A stretch of DNA of 64,000 nucleotides from positions 10,482-74,481 of the forward strand of contig JAKPMO010000015.1 in NCBI GenBank assembly GCA_029548865.1, read 5' to 3'. The notes beneath the pieces are model-generated. The model was not told where the DNA came from. It saw only the letters and a program-made list of their open reading frames with translations, and made no database searches. The DNA comes from Caldisericota bacterium (GTDB lineage: Bacteria; Caldisericota; Caldisericia; JAAYUI01). Within the stretch, counting starts at the first letter, position 1. Each line of letters opens with the position of its first letter. Shown here piece after piece: positions 26,969-37,900 of this stretch. Both the position numbers and the translations under genes were made by a program.

Positions 26969-28285
26969 CTATTCCGCAGCAGCACCAAGTTTAACGTTAA
27001 AGGTCATCTCTCTTCCATCCCTGCTGACCCTGATCTTGACGACATCTCCCACTTGATGGTTCCTTACCTCAACAAGGAGTCCTTCAAAATCTGTAACTTC
27101 CTTTCCATCTATTGCGGTGATGATATCACCCCTCTGTATTCCTGCTTCCTGGGCACCACCCTTTTCAACCACTGCTATGTATGCACCTGACGCATACTTC
27201 AAACCAAGCTGCGAAGAGAGGTCCTGTGTGAGTGTTGCGCCCCTGACACCAAGCACTGGCCAGCCCACCTTGCCGAACTTGATGAGGTCTTTGGCAACTC
27301 TTGACGCAACATTTGAGGAGACTGCAAAACCTAGATTTTGTGCACCCTCAATAATGACTGTATTGATTCCGACCACCTTGCCATCCAGTGTCACAAGTGG
27401 CCCACCGGAATTGCCTGGGTTGATGGCGGCATCCGTCTGAACAACTCCGACCAGCATACGGCTTTTATCTACCTGTATGTTTCTGGCAAGGGCCGAGATA
27501 ACGCCCGTTGTGACTGTATTTTCAAACTTGTATGGGTTGCCTATTGCAACGACCGGCTGACCAACTTTCAATTTTGAGGAGTCCCCGAGCTCGGCCATTG
27601 GAAGATTTTTCTCTTTCACCTTGAGGATAGCAAGATCGGAAAGTGAATCTGTGGCGACAATCTGGGCCTCAAAATTCCTCTTGTCTATGAGGTGGACAAC
27701 GATCTTTTGGCCATTCTCCACAACATGGTTGTTGGTGAGGATAAAACCTTGTTCATCAGTCCAGGTATTTTTTATTATGACACCAGAACCTGCCGCCTGC
27801 TCGACCCTTACTTGAGGCTGCTGTCTGGCAAATGGGTTGACGTTATTGTCGTTGTTGAAGAACTGCTCAAAAGGATTGTCAAACTGCAATATGGAGTTTG
27901 TAATTTCCTTGTCAACAGTTATCGAGACAACAGCAGGAGATACTTTATTTACCACATCAACAACACCGTCGTAGAACATCTGCTGATTTATCGGGGTTTC
28001 CGGCACCGGCTGCTGGATCACCACGGTACTATTTTTGTTGTCTGCAAGCCTGTATCCCAGGAACCCTGAGAGGCCACCAAAAAGCACCGAGAATACAAGA
28101 GCAAGGGCAATAATTCCGCCCCATCTCGGGGTGTTCTGCCTGTCTGCCTGTCTGCCACCATTTATATTCATCTGCGAATACTGCGGTTTCTCCTCATGAG
28201 CTGGTTCCTTGTACTCAGTATCAATAGTTTCCGGCTCTTCAGTTTTATCTATCGGGGTATAGTTATACTCTTCCTCAAATAACAT
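26969..28285 (-). CDS. htrA: HtrA/DegP-family serine protease, membrane-anchored, with C-terminal PDZ domain
   Basis: AAGGAGG-N8-ATG. N-terminal TM GGIIALALVFSVLFGGLSGFLGY. Catalytic motif GNSGGPLV. PDZ-like C-terminus. Confidence 0.85.
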   Translation of the reverse strand: MLFEEEYNYTPIDKTEEPETIDTEYKEPAHEEKPQYSQMNINGGRQADRQNTPRWGGIIALALVFSVLFGGLSGFLGYRLADNKNSTVVIQQPVPETPINQQMFYDGVVDVVNKVSPAVVSITVDKEITNSILQFDNPFEQFFNNDNNVNPFARQQPQVRVEQAAGSGVIIKNTWTDEQGFILTNNHVVENGQKIVVHLIDKRNFEAQIVATDSLSDLAILKVKEKNLPMAELGDSSKLKVGQPVVAIGNPYKFENTVTTGVISALARNIQVDKSRMLVGVVQTDAAINPGNSGGPLVTLDGKVVGINTVIIEGAQNLGFAVSSNVASRVAKDLIKFGKVGWPVLGVRGATLTQDLSSQLGLKYASGAYIAVVEKGGAQEAGIQRGDIITAIDGKEVTDFEGLLVEVRNHQVGDVVKIRVSRDGREMTFNVKLGAAAE

Positions 28286-28298
28286 CTATTCTTCCTCC

Positions 28299-29408
28299 TT
28301 ATAGCTTTCTTATGACAAGCCTCTTGTCCAGTATCAGGTTTCCAAAACCGTCTATCTTTATGGCTTGTTCAGGGTAAAAGTTGACCTGGTAAGGCTTTCC
28401 GGCATCACCAGTTGGCTTGACAAGGGCCACCATCTTTCCTTCAATCATTTTTTGCGCCTGCACCTCTGAAATCCCCATCTCTACAAGGGAATTTGTTTTT
28501 TCCGGCCAGAGGGGCATCAAAAGCAACAGTGTGAAGCAGAGCACTGTAGCAAGAGATTTGTGCGCCACAAGTTTTTCTTTCTTTGGTTCGAGCAAAGCCA
28601 TGGTTCTCTCCTCGAGTCCGCCAGAAGAAAGATTTGCGGCCACTCTTACCGGTGAACAGAGCTTTGCAACACCTATAAGTGCTTCCGCAAGCGGGAAGGG
28701 TGAACCAATCGCCTTTATTGCAAGGCGGTCAGTCTCCTTTTCAAGCTCCAGCGAATAGCTCTTCCAGGCAAACTTTCCTGGAAGATACGAACAAAGTGCA
28801 ACATTGAGCGTCCAGAGCCACATGTTGATTATGTCTCTGCGCCTTATGTGGGCCATCTCATGGGCAACAACTGCATCAAGTTGCTCTTTTGAAAGCCCCT
28901 TTATCAAATTTTCTGAAATGTAAACAGAGTTTAGGGTCGAGAAGGCCTCGGAACCTGAATTGCCAAGAAAAAAAGTTGTGCTCCTGGTGTCTTGCCCGCC
29001 AAATCCACGAGAAAGCGATTCCCTGAAAGATTTTGGTGCGACACGGTACCCTCTGGTCCTTGAGGACAGCAGAAACAGCCCAAACCCAAGGCGGAAAGTA
29101 ACAAAACCGATTACGATCCACGGCGCAGCGATGAGAAGATAATGCCAGAAGGTCGGCTCCAGCGTGACATTGGCTCCGTAAATAATACCCTCTGTGGAAA
29201 AGAGCTTTGTTGGTGTGAGGGTGAGTTTTACTGTCTCCGGAACAAGACTGGAGAGCATTATGAAGCCGGCAGAAAACCCAAAGAGGGACGCCAGTGACAC
29301 AAAAATTGACCAGCCCAGCCCCTTCGGGGAGAGCTTCCTGCCAAGCAGGAACCACAAGAACGGCCACGCCACAACCAGATAAAGGGCAAAAACAAGACTA
29401 TTTTCCAT
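28299..29408 (-). CDS. BlaR1/MecR1-like M56 family membrane metalloprotease-transducer lacking a penicillin-binding sensor domain
   Basis: Multi-TM N-terminus. HEXXH zinc motif VVAHEMAHI. 369 aa with only a ~70-aa extracytoplasmic C-terminal tail. Confidence 0.8.
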   Translation of the reverse strand: MENSLVFALYLVVAWPFLWFLLGRKLSPKGLGWSIFVSLASLFGFSAGFIMLSSLVPETVKLTLTPTKLFSTEGIIYGANVTLEPTFWHYLLIAAPWIVIGFVTFRLGFGLFLLSSRTRGYRVAPKSFRESLSRGFGGQDTRSTTFFLGNSGSEAFSTLNSVYISENLIKGLSKEQLDAVVAHEMAHIRRRDIINMWLWTLNVALCSYLPGKFAWKSYSLELEKETDRLAIKAIGSPFPLAEALIGVAKLCSPVRVAANLSSGGLEERTMALLEPKKEKLVAHKSLATVLCFTLLLLMPLWPEKTNSLVEMGISEVQAQKMIEGKMVALVKPTGDAGKPYQVNFYPEQAIKIDGFGNLILDKRLVIRKL

Positions 29409-29814
29409 TTTGTTTCCTCTCCTTTATCATACGCTCAAGCATGTCCAATTTGTTCGAGTCCGAATTCTCAAGCATTTCCAGAAAATTTGCCATGACAGGC
29501 TCGGTAAGGCTGCCAATGACCGAGTTAAGTACCTTGCACGTGCTTTTAACGTCCATCTCTTCTTGGGTGACTGACGGCATGTAAACATAGCTCTTGCCGC
29601 ATTTTTCCCTTTTGAGGACACCCTTTTTGGAGAGCCTGTCGCAGGTTGTCATGATGGTCGTGTAGGCATGATCGGTCGAAAGGTGGTCTACTATTTCCCT
29701 TACAGTTGCCTTTCCGATGGCGCAGCAGGCCTTGTAGACCTCGTACTCCAGGGAGCCGAGAACCAGCCCTGCACCGACCCTGTTTGACGTTACCCTTATA
29801 ACTTTGTCTTCCAT
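29398..29814 (-). CDS. BlaI/MecI/CopY-family winged-helix transcriptional repressor
   Basis: LGSLEYEVYKACCAIGKATVREIVDHL matches the penicillinase-repressor N-terminal DNA-binding domain. Overlaps the M56 gene by 11 nt. Confidence 0.75.
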   Translation of the reverse strand: MEDKVIRVTSNRVGAGLVLGSLEYEVYKACCAIGKATVREIVDHLSTDHAYTTIMTTCDRLSKKGVLKREKCGKSYVYMPSVTQEEMDVKSTCKVLNSVIGSLTEPVMANFLEMLENSDSNKLDMLERMIKERKQNGK

Positions 29815-29880
29815 GATGGTGGGTATTTTACAATCAATAGTACTACAGTCAATAGTATAAGATTAAGGAATGGTTTCGTG
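29815..29880 (-). promoter_or_regulatory. Candidate promoter/operator of the blaI operon: 9-bp direct repeat TCAATAGTA x2 flanking the palindrome TAGTACTA
   Basis: Plus strand TTTTACAATCAATAGTACTACAGTCAATAGTATAAG lies immediately upstream of blaI. BlaI/CopY operators are TACA/TGTA-type dyads. Assignment is by inference only. Confidence 0.35.
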
Positions 29881-29953
29881 TAAAAAAATGTAGAAAATAG
29901 CTGACTTATAGCCGATTAAAGAGAATTGGGTCTGTCCATTCCGAACATCCTAA

Positions 29954-31288
29954 TTACCTGATATAGTAATCCTCTCCAATCCTCGGTATTTCATTTTGGG
30001 GTTGCACCTTGAAGAGCTTGCCGTCCAGGTATTCCATCAATACTCTTTCGACTTTTGTTTTTGCTTCATTATGGATACCCGCAAAAATATAGGCTTTGTC
30101 TGGATGAGAAGCTCTTATGAAACAGCCATCAGAAAACGTATTTTGATCAAACTCTTTTATTTTTTTCACTTCACCACTGTTCATGTCCAGCCTGAGCAAA
30201 TAATTCCTGTATCTTGGTGCAACTGCCTCCCCAAAACCTGGTTTCATGTAACCGGCAAAGATAAAAACAGAATCTTTCGAAGTTGAAACTATTGCATATT
30301 CACAGGTTTTATATTCACTATCTTCAAAATTTTTCAACTTTTCCTGGAATATCCATATTTTTTTACCACTCATGTCAGCAATAGCATATGTATTGCGTTC
30401 ACAATTTACATTTGTGATGTTTGGTATATCACTACTTTCCGGGTATGTTTTGTCATAGGGCCCAACATAGCCAACAATGCCGGTGGTTTGATCGGCAAAC
30501 GTGACCCATGGTCTAATGGGTTTCACTCTATCCGTTGTGGTAATGCTTAGATCGTCCAGGGAAAGTCTGACTCCACGGGCATGGGCATAAGGCACCTGTG
30601 CATGAGTAAGGTCCATTGTCACAACCCTTGGGTCGCAATATTTTCCACTGGTGCCAAAGAATTTGTTTTCTTTTGTCTGTTCAACAAGCAACAATTCTTT
30701 TTCCCCCCAATAAACAGGAAAGTAAAGAACACCACTTTCTTTTACTAGCTCCCCAAGATCATCATGGTAAAAAGATTTTCTATATCTGGCACCAAGTTTT
30801 TTTGATGAACCGTTTTTCAGGTTATACAAAATGGTATATTTGGCCGATATTTCTTTTAGCAATTTACCGTCTTCTTTGTGTGGTATTTCAAAGTAAAACC
30901 CGGTCCCTGCAGAAAGGAGGGCCCATTGTTTGTCAGGTGAAAGCCCCTCCAGGCTACATGTGTGCGGACCCTCCAGATAGAAATAAAATGCACTGCCAAA
31001 ATTTGTCGCCACAGTGTATTTTAGCAGGCCCTCCATGTAAGGGTCCCTGATTCTTGGCAACTTTACCTTAAATGCCGACGTGAAATCACTCCAGTCAAGC
31101 TGGGCGGAATAGATGATAATCTCTCTTTTTCTCATCTGGGTTTCCCAGTCATCGCCATAGCCAAGGGTATAAAAACGTTTCTCTCCCTGTGGCGTAATCT
31201 GCCCTATCCCCTCGTTTGAGGCCCCGCAACCGACAAGGAACACCAAAATCAGACCTATTGCATAAAAAACTCTGGCCATTTTCTTCAT
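29954..31288 (-). CDS. Lipoprotein, Tyr-rich, possible beta-propeller (unknown function)
   Basis: MKKMARVFYAIGLILVFLVGCGAS lipobox. 444 aa, moderately low GC. Confidence 0.55.
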   Translation of the reverse strand: MKKMARVFYAIGLILVFLVGCGASNEGIGQITPQGEKRFYTLGYGDDWETQMRKREIIIYSAQLDWSDFTSAFKVKLPRIRDPYMEGLLKYTVATNFGSAFYFYLEGPHTCSLEGLSPDKQWALLSAGTGFYFEIPHKEDGKLLKEISAKYTILYNLKNGSSKKLGARYRKSFYHDDLGELVKESGVLYFPVYWGEKELLLVEQTKENKFFGTSGKYCDPRVVTMDLTHAQVPYAHARGVRLSLDDLSITTTDRVKPIRPWVTFADQTTGIVGYVGPYDKTYPESSDIPNITNVNCERNTYAIADMSGKKIWIFQEKLKNFEDSEYKTCEYAIVSTSKDSVFIFAGYMKPGFGEAVAPRYRNYLLRLDMNSGEVKKIKEFDQNTFSDGCFIRASHPDKAYIFAGIHNEAKTKVERVLMEYLDGKLFKVQPQNEIPRIGEDYYIR

Positions 31289-31432
31289 TAAGCAACCCCC
31301 AGAAAAACTTTTTATCTGCTCAGAACCAGTCAAGAATTATAGCAGAGAAGAAGGGGTTTTTGTATATTTTTGTAATGATGTTGTTCGAGAGTGTTGAAAA
31401 AATCTATATATTTCGGGGTTATCGACTAAACA

Positions 31433-32623
31433 TCACACAATCAGCATATCTCTGGCAATCGCAGAGGCCGCATTCGGCATGCCTGCCTCAAGCGATAGCG
31501 CCTGAATGGCAACCATCGTGGCCTGGGTGTTGGCGTCCTGCAAATCAGGGCGTTCTGCACCAGAATGGTTGAATGCTCCAAACATCTTTGGGTCTGGTTG
31601 CCTGTTGGCAAGCTCCCCGCAAAGCCTTTTTGTTGCCTTGTCTATTTTCAGGCAGTAGCCCTCCGGAAGCATCCCCAGGGCCTCGATGAGCCTTCCGGCC
31701 CTGATAAAATGGGCACACACATCGGCCCTTTCGTAGTTCTCGCCCTCGCCCACGAGCATCGGGAAACCACCATCCTGGAGCTGGCAGTCTGCAACAAAAC
31801 GCCATGTCTTCAGTGCAGCTTCAAGCATCCTCTGCCTGTCCAGCATCACCGAACCAACAAGGAGTGCGTCAACAGCATGCATTGTTGGAAGCAGATGGAC
31901 CGATCTTCCAGTTGAGGTTATTGCCCCTTCCTGCTTTTCCTCTGCGCTCTGACACGCCCAGTCAAGCAACCTTATTGCATGCGTTCTGGCCCTTTCAGAC
32001 CTTATTGCCTGCGCGTAGTTCATGAGCCCTATGGCAATTTTTGCTAGGTACGGCTGGATGTCGGCGCGCCAGTTCGATGTGTCCTGTATGACTGTTGCAC
32101 TGTCAACATCAAGGAGAGGATAAGGAACGCCGTTTGGCCCCATCATGCGCTGGGTTATAAAATCAACTGCCTTTGAGGCCACAGAAAGGCAAAAAGAGTT
32201 GTCAGTTTCATAATGCAGATGCACAAAAGCATTCAGGATCATTGCCACATCAAGCGTTTTTATTTGCCTGATCTGGGAGTCATTTTGGGGATTGATGCCC
32301 ACCATAAACCCACCCTCATCAGCCACCCATGCCTTGTCAAGCAACCAAAAGGCCGCCTGTTCTGTCGGGTTTTGCCTCGGCCAGCCCGGCAACATCCTGT
32401 CCAGAAAAAGCATGCAGGTGATTGCATTTCCAGTGGTGGTAGAAAACATGATGGAATGGCAGTGCTCAAGTGTTGAATACCAGCCGTAAAATCCACCAGC
32501 ATGGGGCCCTTCCTGCTCCTGGATGCCTGATTGAGAGAGCCAGGCGGACGCAGAAAGAAGGGCCTTTATTGCATCACCATTTGCGCGCCCGCTTGTCCAC
32601 GAGAGCGCATTGGCAAGGGTCAT
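31433..32623 (-). CDS. Cytoplasmic alpha/alpha-toroid-type protein (prenyltransferase/squalene-oxidase-repeat or terpene-cyclase-like; low confidence)
   Basis: No signal peptide. Repeated Q..DGGF / GGFYGW-like motifs (ADCQLQDGGFPM, HAGGFYGWYS). Start ATG at 32623 overlaps the stop of the upstream PQQ gene (ATGA). Confidence 0.4.
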   Translation of the reverse strand: MTLANALSWTSGRANGDAIKALLSASAWLSQSGIQEQEGPHAGGFYGWYSTLEHCHSIMFSTTTGNAITCMLFLDRMLPGWPRQNPTEQAAFWLLDKAWVADEGGFMVGINPQNDSQIRQIKTLDVAMILNAFVHLHYETDNSFCLSVASKAVDFITQRMMGPNGVPYPLLDVDSATVIQDTSNWRADIQPYLAKIAIGLMNYAQAIRSERARTHAIRLLDWACQSAEEKQEGAITSTGRSVHLLPTMHAVDALLVGSVMLDRQRMLEAALKTWRFVADCQLQDGGFPMLVGEGENYERADVCAHFIRAGRLIEALGMLPEGYCLKIDKATKRLCGELANRQPDPKMFGAFNHSGAERPDLQDANTQATMVAIQALSLEAGMPNAASAIARDMLIV

Positions 32624-34752
32624 GGGTTGAAGACCATCCTTACTGTTTTTGTCTCGGCAATCCACACTACATCGGCGCCAAAGGCCTCGGCTATTGCCCT
32701 GAACGGAACCATTGTTCTGCCGTCTTTTATCTCTGGCGGGGAGGGGATGGCTTTTATGAGATCATTGACGTCCATTTCAGGACGACCTACCCAGAGCTTG
32801 ACCCTATTGTCAAACCTGTTTATCTGTATCTCTTTCTTGTCGGCAATCCATTTGACGTCGGCACCAAAGGTCTCGGAGATAAACCTTATCGGAACCATTG
32901 TTCTACCTTTGCTTGTTACATACGGGGCAACGTCCATGTCAACAGGCCTGCCATTTACAAAAGCCGTGTTGTCGCCAATGACCATTGAGATCTCTATCCT
33001 GGGCTCGGTTTCGACCTTTACCATGACGGAAACCTGCTGGCAAACATCATTTTTCGTGGCAATGACAATCCTTCCCTGGGCCTCGTTGCCTGCCGGTATT
33101 CTACTGCCATTGAGTGTGATCTTTAGAAGGAACTTGCGATTTATCGAGGTGAAAGAGACTGGTTCTACATCAATCCACCTGTCTTCACCCATCACTATGC
33201 CGGAGACTTCCTCATCGGTATCAAAAGAAAGGGTCAGCGTCTTTGAGACTTCCTCACCCCTTTTGATGAACCCAAAATTGAGTTCGGATGGAGAAACATT
33301 CAGGCATGGTGGTGCTGGTGAAACAATGCGCCACCTGATTATCATGGTGAACTCGCCGCCATTTGAAGATATCTTGAGCAACGCCTGGTGGTTGCCATAA
33401 TCAAGCCCACCGGGATCAAGCGTTACCCTGATTTTTTGCTCAGATCCATTGCTTATATCAAAAAATTCGGTCGCACTGAAAGAAAGATGTTTCTCATCAG
33501 TAACCATTTTTCCTTCGAGTTTCGTCTGGAACTGGTCTTTTCTGGCATTTCTGATGATGATGTCCCTGAAAGGTGTTGTTCCATGGGTCACAATACCAAA
33601 ATCAATTTCTTGCGGCTCAACTTCAAGAATTGGCCCTGGCTGGAAGACCTGGACTGTTCCACCCCATGTGCCGACATAAACTGCCTCGCAGTAGATTACA
33701 GGCGACGCCTCAATAATGTATCCAAGATTGCCCTTCCAGGCGAGTTGGCCCGTTTTCCAGTACAGACAGTAGAGATTCTGGTCATCCGACCCAAAGAAAA
33801 CGTATTTTCCGCCGACAGCCGGGGAGGAGTAGTTCCAGTTTTCCGTCCTGAAATTCCAGACTTCCTCGCCGGTATCCTGGTAGAGGCAACGGACCATCTT
33901 GTCGTATCCAGTTGGAATTATGAGTTTGTCTTCAACAAGTGCTGGCGTTGCCCAGACGTGGGCACCAACATCTATCTTCCAGATCTGCCTGCCATCATCG
34001 GACAGACAATAGAACTGACCGCCATCTGTGCCAAAAAATATCTTTTCGTTTCTGACAGAACAGGCCGCAAAAACCTCAGAAGGGGTCTCAAATTCCCAGG
34101 TCAGCCTGCCATTTTCGGCATTGAGGCAATAAAGCTTCTTTGAATATGAACCGATGAGGATAGTCTTATTGTGCTCATTGTAGGTCGGCGAGGCATCAAC
34201 AAAAGCACCCGTATGGAATGCCCAGACTTTCTGGCCAGAAAGGACGTCAAGGCAATAAACCTTCATGTCCCTTGATGCAAAATAGACCTTCCCGTTAACA
34301 ACAAGGGGTGACGATCTTATGATATCGCCAGTTTTGAATTTCCAGACTTCATTTCCAGTTTCAAGGTTCAGGCAATAGAGGTAGCCGTCATCCGAGCCAC
34401 AGATTGTTACTTCTCCAAAAATTGTTGGTGACGAGCGGACCTTGTTTCCAGTCAGATAGTTCCACCTTATCCTGAATGAGTGAGTGTCGTAGCAATATAT
34501 CCTCATGTCATCAGAACCAACCACGCTGTACCTGTCGGTCATTGCAATTGAGCTGTGGATGGCGGCCGTGGCTTTGTAGGCCTCTCCAACAAGAAGCGGC
34601 GGTGCCGCCTGGTTCGTTGTCAGACAAGACCTCGAAGGATCATGGTTAAACATTACCCAATCATCGCACTTTCCTTCTTCGGCCATGGCAAAAACAGGCA
34701 TCTGGAGAGCTAGTATAATAGCCAACATTGCTGTAATCAGTCTGGATTTCAT
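32620..34752 (-). CDS. Secreted PQQ/BamB-like beta-propeller protein with Ig-like (DUF1573/ASH-type) domains and two C-terminal CAO-N wall-association domains
   Basis: Signal peptide MKSRLITAMLAIILALQMPVFAMA. Many blades of the form YCL..E.G...W. C-terminus VAPYVTSKGRTMVPIRFISETFGADVKW...GRTMVPFRAIAEAFGADVVW. Confidence 0.7.
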   Translation of the reverse strand: MKSRLITAMLAIILALQMPVFAMAEEGKCDDWVMFNHDPSRSCLTTNQAAPPLLVGEAYKATAAIHSSIAMTDRYSVVGSDDMRIYCYDTHSFRIRWNYLTGNKVRSSPTIFGEVTICGSDDGYLYCLNLETGNEVWKFKTGDIIRSSPLVVNGKVYFASRDMKVYCLDVLSGQKVWAFHTGAFVDASPTYNEHNKTILIGSYSKKLYCLNAENGRLTWEFETPSEVFAACSVRNEKIFFGTDGGQFYCLSDDGRQIWKIDVGAHVWATPALVEDKLIIPTGYDKMVRCLYQDTGEEVWNFRTENWNYSSPAVGGKYVFFGSDDQNLYCLYWKTGQLAWKGNLGYIIEASPVIYCEAVYVGTWGGTVQVFQPGPILEVEPQEIDFGIVTHGTTPFRDIIIRNARKDQFQTKLEGKMVTDEKHLSFSATEFFDISNGSEQKIRVTLDPGGLDYGNHQALLKISSNGGEFTMIIRWRIVSPAPPCLNVSPSELNFGFIKRGEEVSKTLTLSFDTDEEVSGIVMGEDRWIDVEPVSFTSINRKFLLKITLNGSRIPAGNEAQGRIVIATKNDVCQQVSVMVKVETEPRIEISMVIGDNTAFVNGRPVDMDVAPYVTSKGRTMVPIRFISETFGADVKWIADKKEIQINRFDNRVKLWVGRPEMDVNDLIKAIPSPPEIKDGRTMVPFRAIAEAFGADVVWIAETKTVRMVFNP

Positions 34753-34955
34753 GAGAGAGATATTAGCACAATAAATTAAATCAATCAATTGAACGCAGAC
34801 TTGGACAAGGTCAATTTATTGAAAAATCTACATTAAAATTACAGTGTTTTCTCCAATCAAAATAAAGAAATCCCATATTTATGCACAAATTGTTATAAAC
34901 AAAAATACGCCGAAGGTTTCCCCCTCGACGTATCTGAAGCTTTGTGTGTTCCCGG

Positions 34956-37900
34956 TTATTTTGCACCAAAACAGTAGAGTTTGTTGTCAAAAGAGCCTGC
35001 CAGTATATGGCCGTTTGAAATGGCAGGTGATGAAACGGCTCCTTCTGTTTTGAAAGACCATATCTTCTCGCCAGTGTTGAAATCAACGCAGTAGAAATAA
35101 TAATCCTGGCTGCCAAACCAGACCTTGTCACCACAAACTGCCGGGCTGGTTACCCACCCTTCCGCCCTGAACGTCCAAAGCTTTTTGCCAGTTTCAGAAT
35201 CCAGGCAATAAAGGAAGGAATCAGTCGCACCCACAAACACCCTCCCGTTCCAGATCGCAGGTGAAGAGTAGTGGAGGACACCGCCTGCCTCAAACATCCA
35301 CACCTGGGAGCCAGTCTGGGCGTCCAGGCAATAAAGCTTCTTGTCATCGGAACCAATGTAGACCTTTCCATTCCAGATGGCAGGCGTTGAGGTTATCATA
35401 TAGCCAGTCTTAAAGTCCCATATTTTCTTGCCAGTTAGCGCGTCCAGGCAATAAAGGCTCTTATCCTCACATCCAAAATATATCTTGCCTTCCCAGAGCG
35501 CAGGCGATGAATCAACCTGGTCGGGTGCCTCAAACTTCCAGAGCAGTTTCCCTGTGGTGGCATCAAGGCAGTACATAAAATGGTCCTTTGACCCAAAATA
35601 TACCCTGTTTTCCCACACCACTGGGGAGGAGAATGTTGGGCCCTGGGACATAAATGACCATATCTTGTTACCTGTTTTTGCGTCCAGGCAGTAGAGGTTT
35701 CTGTCATAGGAACAGGCATAGACCCTTCCGGAATCGACTGCCGGAGAGAACACCCTGCCTGTAGCGGTGAAGTCCCATATCTTTGACCCACTCGCCAGAT
35801 CGAGGCAATAGAGATGATTGTCGTCCGAACCGACAAAAACCCTGCCATCGGAGATGGTTGGCGAAGAATAGATGTCATCACCTGTTTCAAAGCTCCAGAT
35901 AAGTTCCGTCTTTGCCGGGTCAGGCCCGCAACCATCAGGAACAACGCCATTTCTCTGGAGGTTGCCCCTGTACTGGCTCCACTCGCAAGTCACTTCTTCC
36001 GGTTTTGCGATCTTGAGCACTTTCACTTTTCCGGTGTCAGAAAGTTCAAGGTAAGTAGCGGTTACGGTGCATTCCCCATCCTTGATGGCAGTAAAGAGGC
36101 CGTTCTGGTCAACTGACCCGATTTCAGCATCAGAGCATTCCCAGCTTATCTGGATATCTTTCATCTCCTGGTCGAACTGGTCAAAAACCGTGGCCGTAAA
36201 CTGCTGGGTCTCGCCTGGTTTCAGGACTGATTCCTTCGGCTGGACAACAAGTCTGGCCGGATATGGTTTTTCAGGCTCGACAGTGTCATCATCAACAAAG
36301 CAGTAGAGGAAGCCATCGGTGTTTGTGAAGAGTATCTTTCCTCCACAAACTGATGGATACACAAAATCCTTCCCGCCTTTTACATTGTAGGCAAATTTTT
36401 CCTCGCCTGTAGAAGCGTCAAGCAACTTGATCAATCCACCGGTATCGCCAAGAACCACCCTATTCCCGTAGCAGGCCACGGAATAAAACGATGAGCCTTC
36501 CATTGGCACATCATAAAGCACCTTGCCATCCACAAGCGAGAGGCAGAACATCCTCTTGTTTGTGGAAATGGCGAAAATCCTGCCGTCCCTTATCGCCAGA
36601 GGGCCAAAAACTGCCTTGTCTATTTCACTCGTCCAGATGGCGTCACCGGAACGGGGATCAACACACCTTACAATGCCGTCCCATGTGGAGAAATAGATCC
36701 TGCCATCAAAATATGTTGTTTCACCGTCAAAATCGTTCTTGCTGTCGATTGTCCACAAAATATCGCCTGTGTTTGCATCAAAGCAGTAGTAGGTGTCATC
36801 ACTGGACCCGATAAATACTTTGCCATCGGCAACAGTCGGTGATGACTCGAAATCTATCTTGTTCGGGTTCTCCCATACTAGCTTGCCAGTCAGGACGTCA
36901 AGGCAATACAGGGCGTTTTTACCGGAATTGTTTTCGTTGTCGTCACGGACCTTGCCGCAGCCAAAATAAAGCTTTCCCTGATAAATAGTTGGCGATGTCC
37001 TTATCTCTCCGCCAGCCTCAAAAGACCAGAGCTCTTTGCCAGTTTTTGCGTCGAGGCAATAGAGTTTCTTGTCAAATGACGGCGCAAACAGTTTTCCCTG
37101 CCAGTAAACCGGCGTGTAGGCAAGCGCCCCCGATTTGAACTCCCAGATCTTTGCGCCCGTCTCAAGATCCATGCAATGGAACTTGCCGTCCTGGGCGCCC
37201 GCAAAAACCATCCCATCCACAGAAATTGCTTGGGTGGTGAGAGGCGATTTTGCATTGTATTTCCACAATATTTTCAGCTTGTCGGTTTTTGGACCGCAAT
37301 CGGCCTCTGTGGATGAAGTCCTGCTCGGGTCACCGCCAAAACATGGCCAGTCGCAACCCTGCTTTTCAAGGTTCAGCCCCTCGTCATAGACATAGACTTT
37401 TGCCCTTGCAGAGAGCTGGCCGGAAGTGGCAACAATATCAGTCAGCCCTGGCGATTTGGCACCAAAGAGACCGCCATAATCAAGCGTTCCGGTTTTGGGG
37501 TCCGTCAAAGACCAGGTTATTTTCTGGTCTTTCATGACCTCATCATAATTGTTGTAGACTGTGGCAGTAAAAAGTATGCTCTGGCCAGGTTTCAGCACGG
37601 CAAATTTTGGCTTTATGGTCATTTTAACTGGTTTTTCAACACGCGCTTCAAGGCAATAAACGTTGCTGTCGTTTGACCCAAAATAGATCTTTTTATTGCA
37701 GATTACAGGTGTTGACCACACCTCATCCTTTGTTTCAAAAGAAGACAGCTCCTTGCCAGTTTTTGCATCAAGGCAGTAGAGCTTATTGTCATAGGAGCCA
37801 AAATATATCTTCCCTGCACAATATACAGGTGATGAGTTGTTGATTTTTCCGTCTGTTTTGTATTTCCAGGAAAGCTTTTTTGATGATCCGTCAACGCAGT

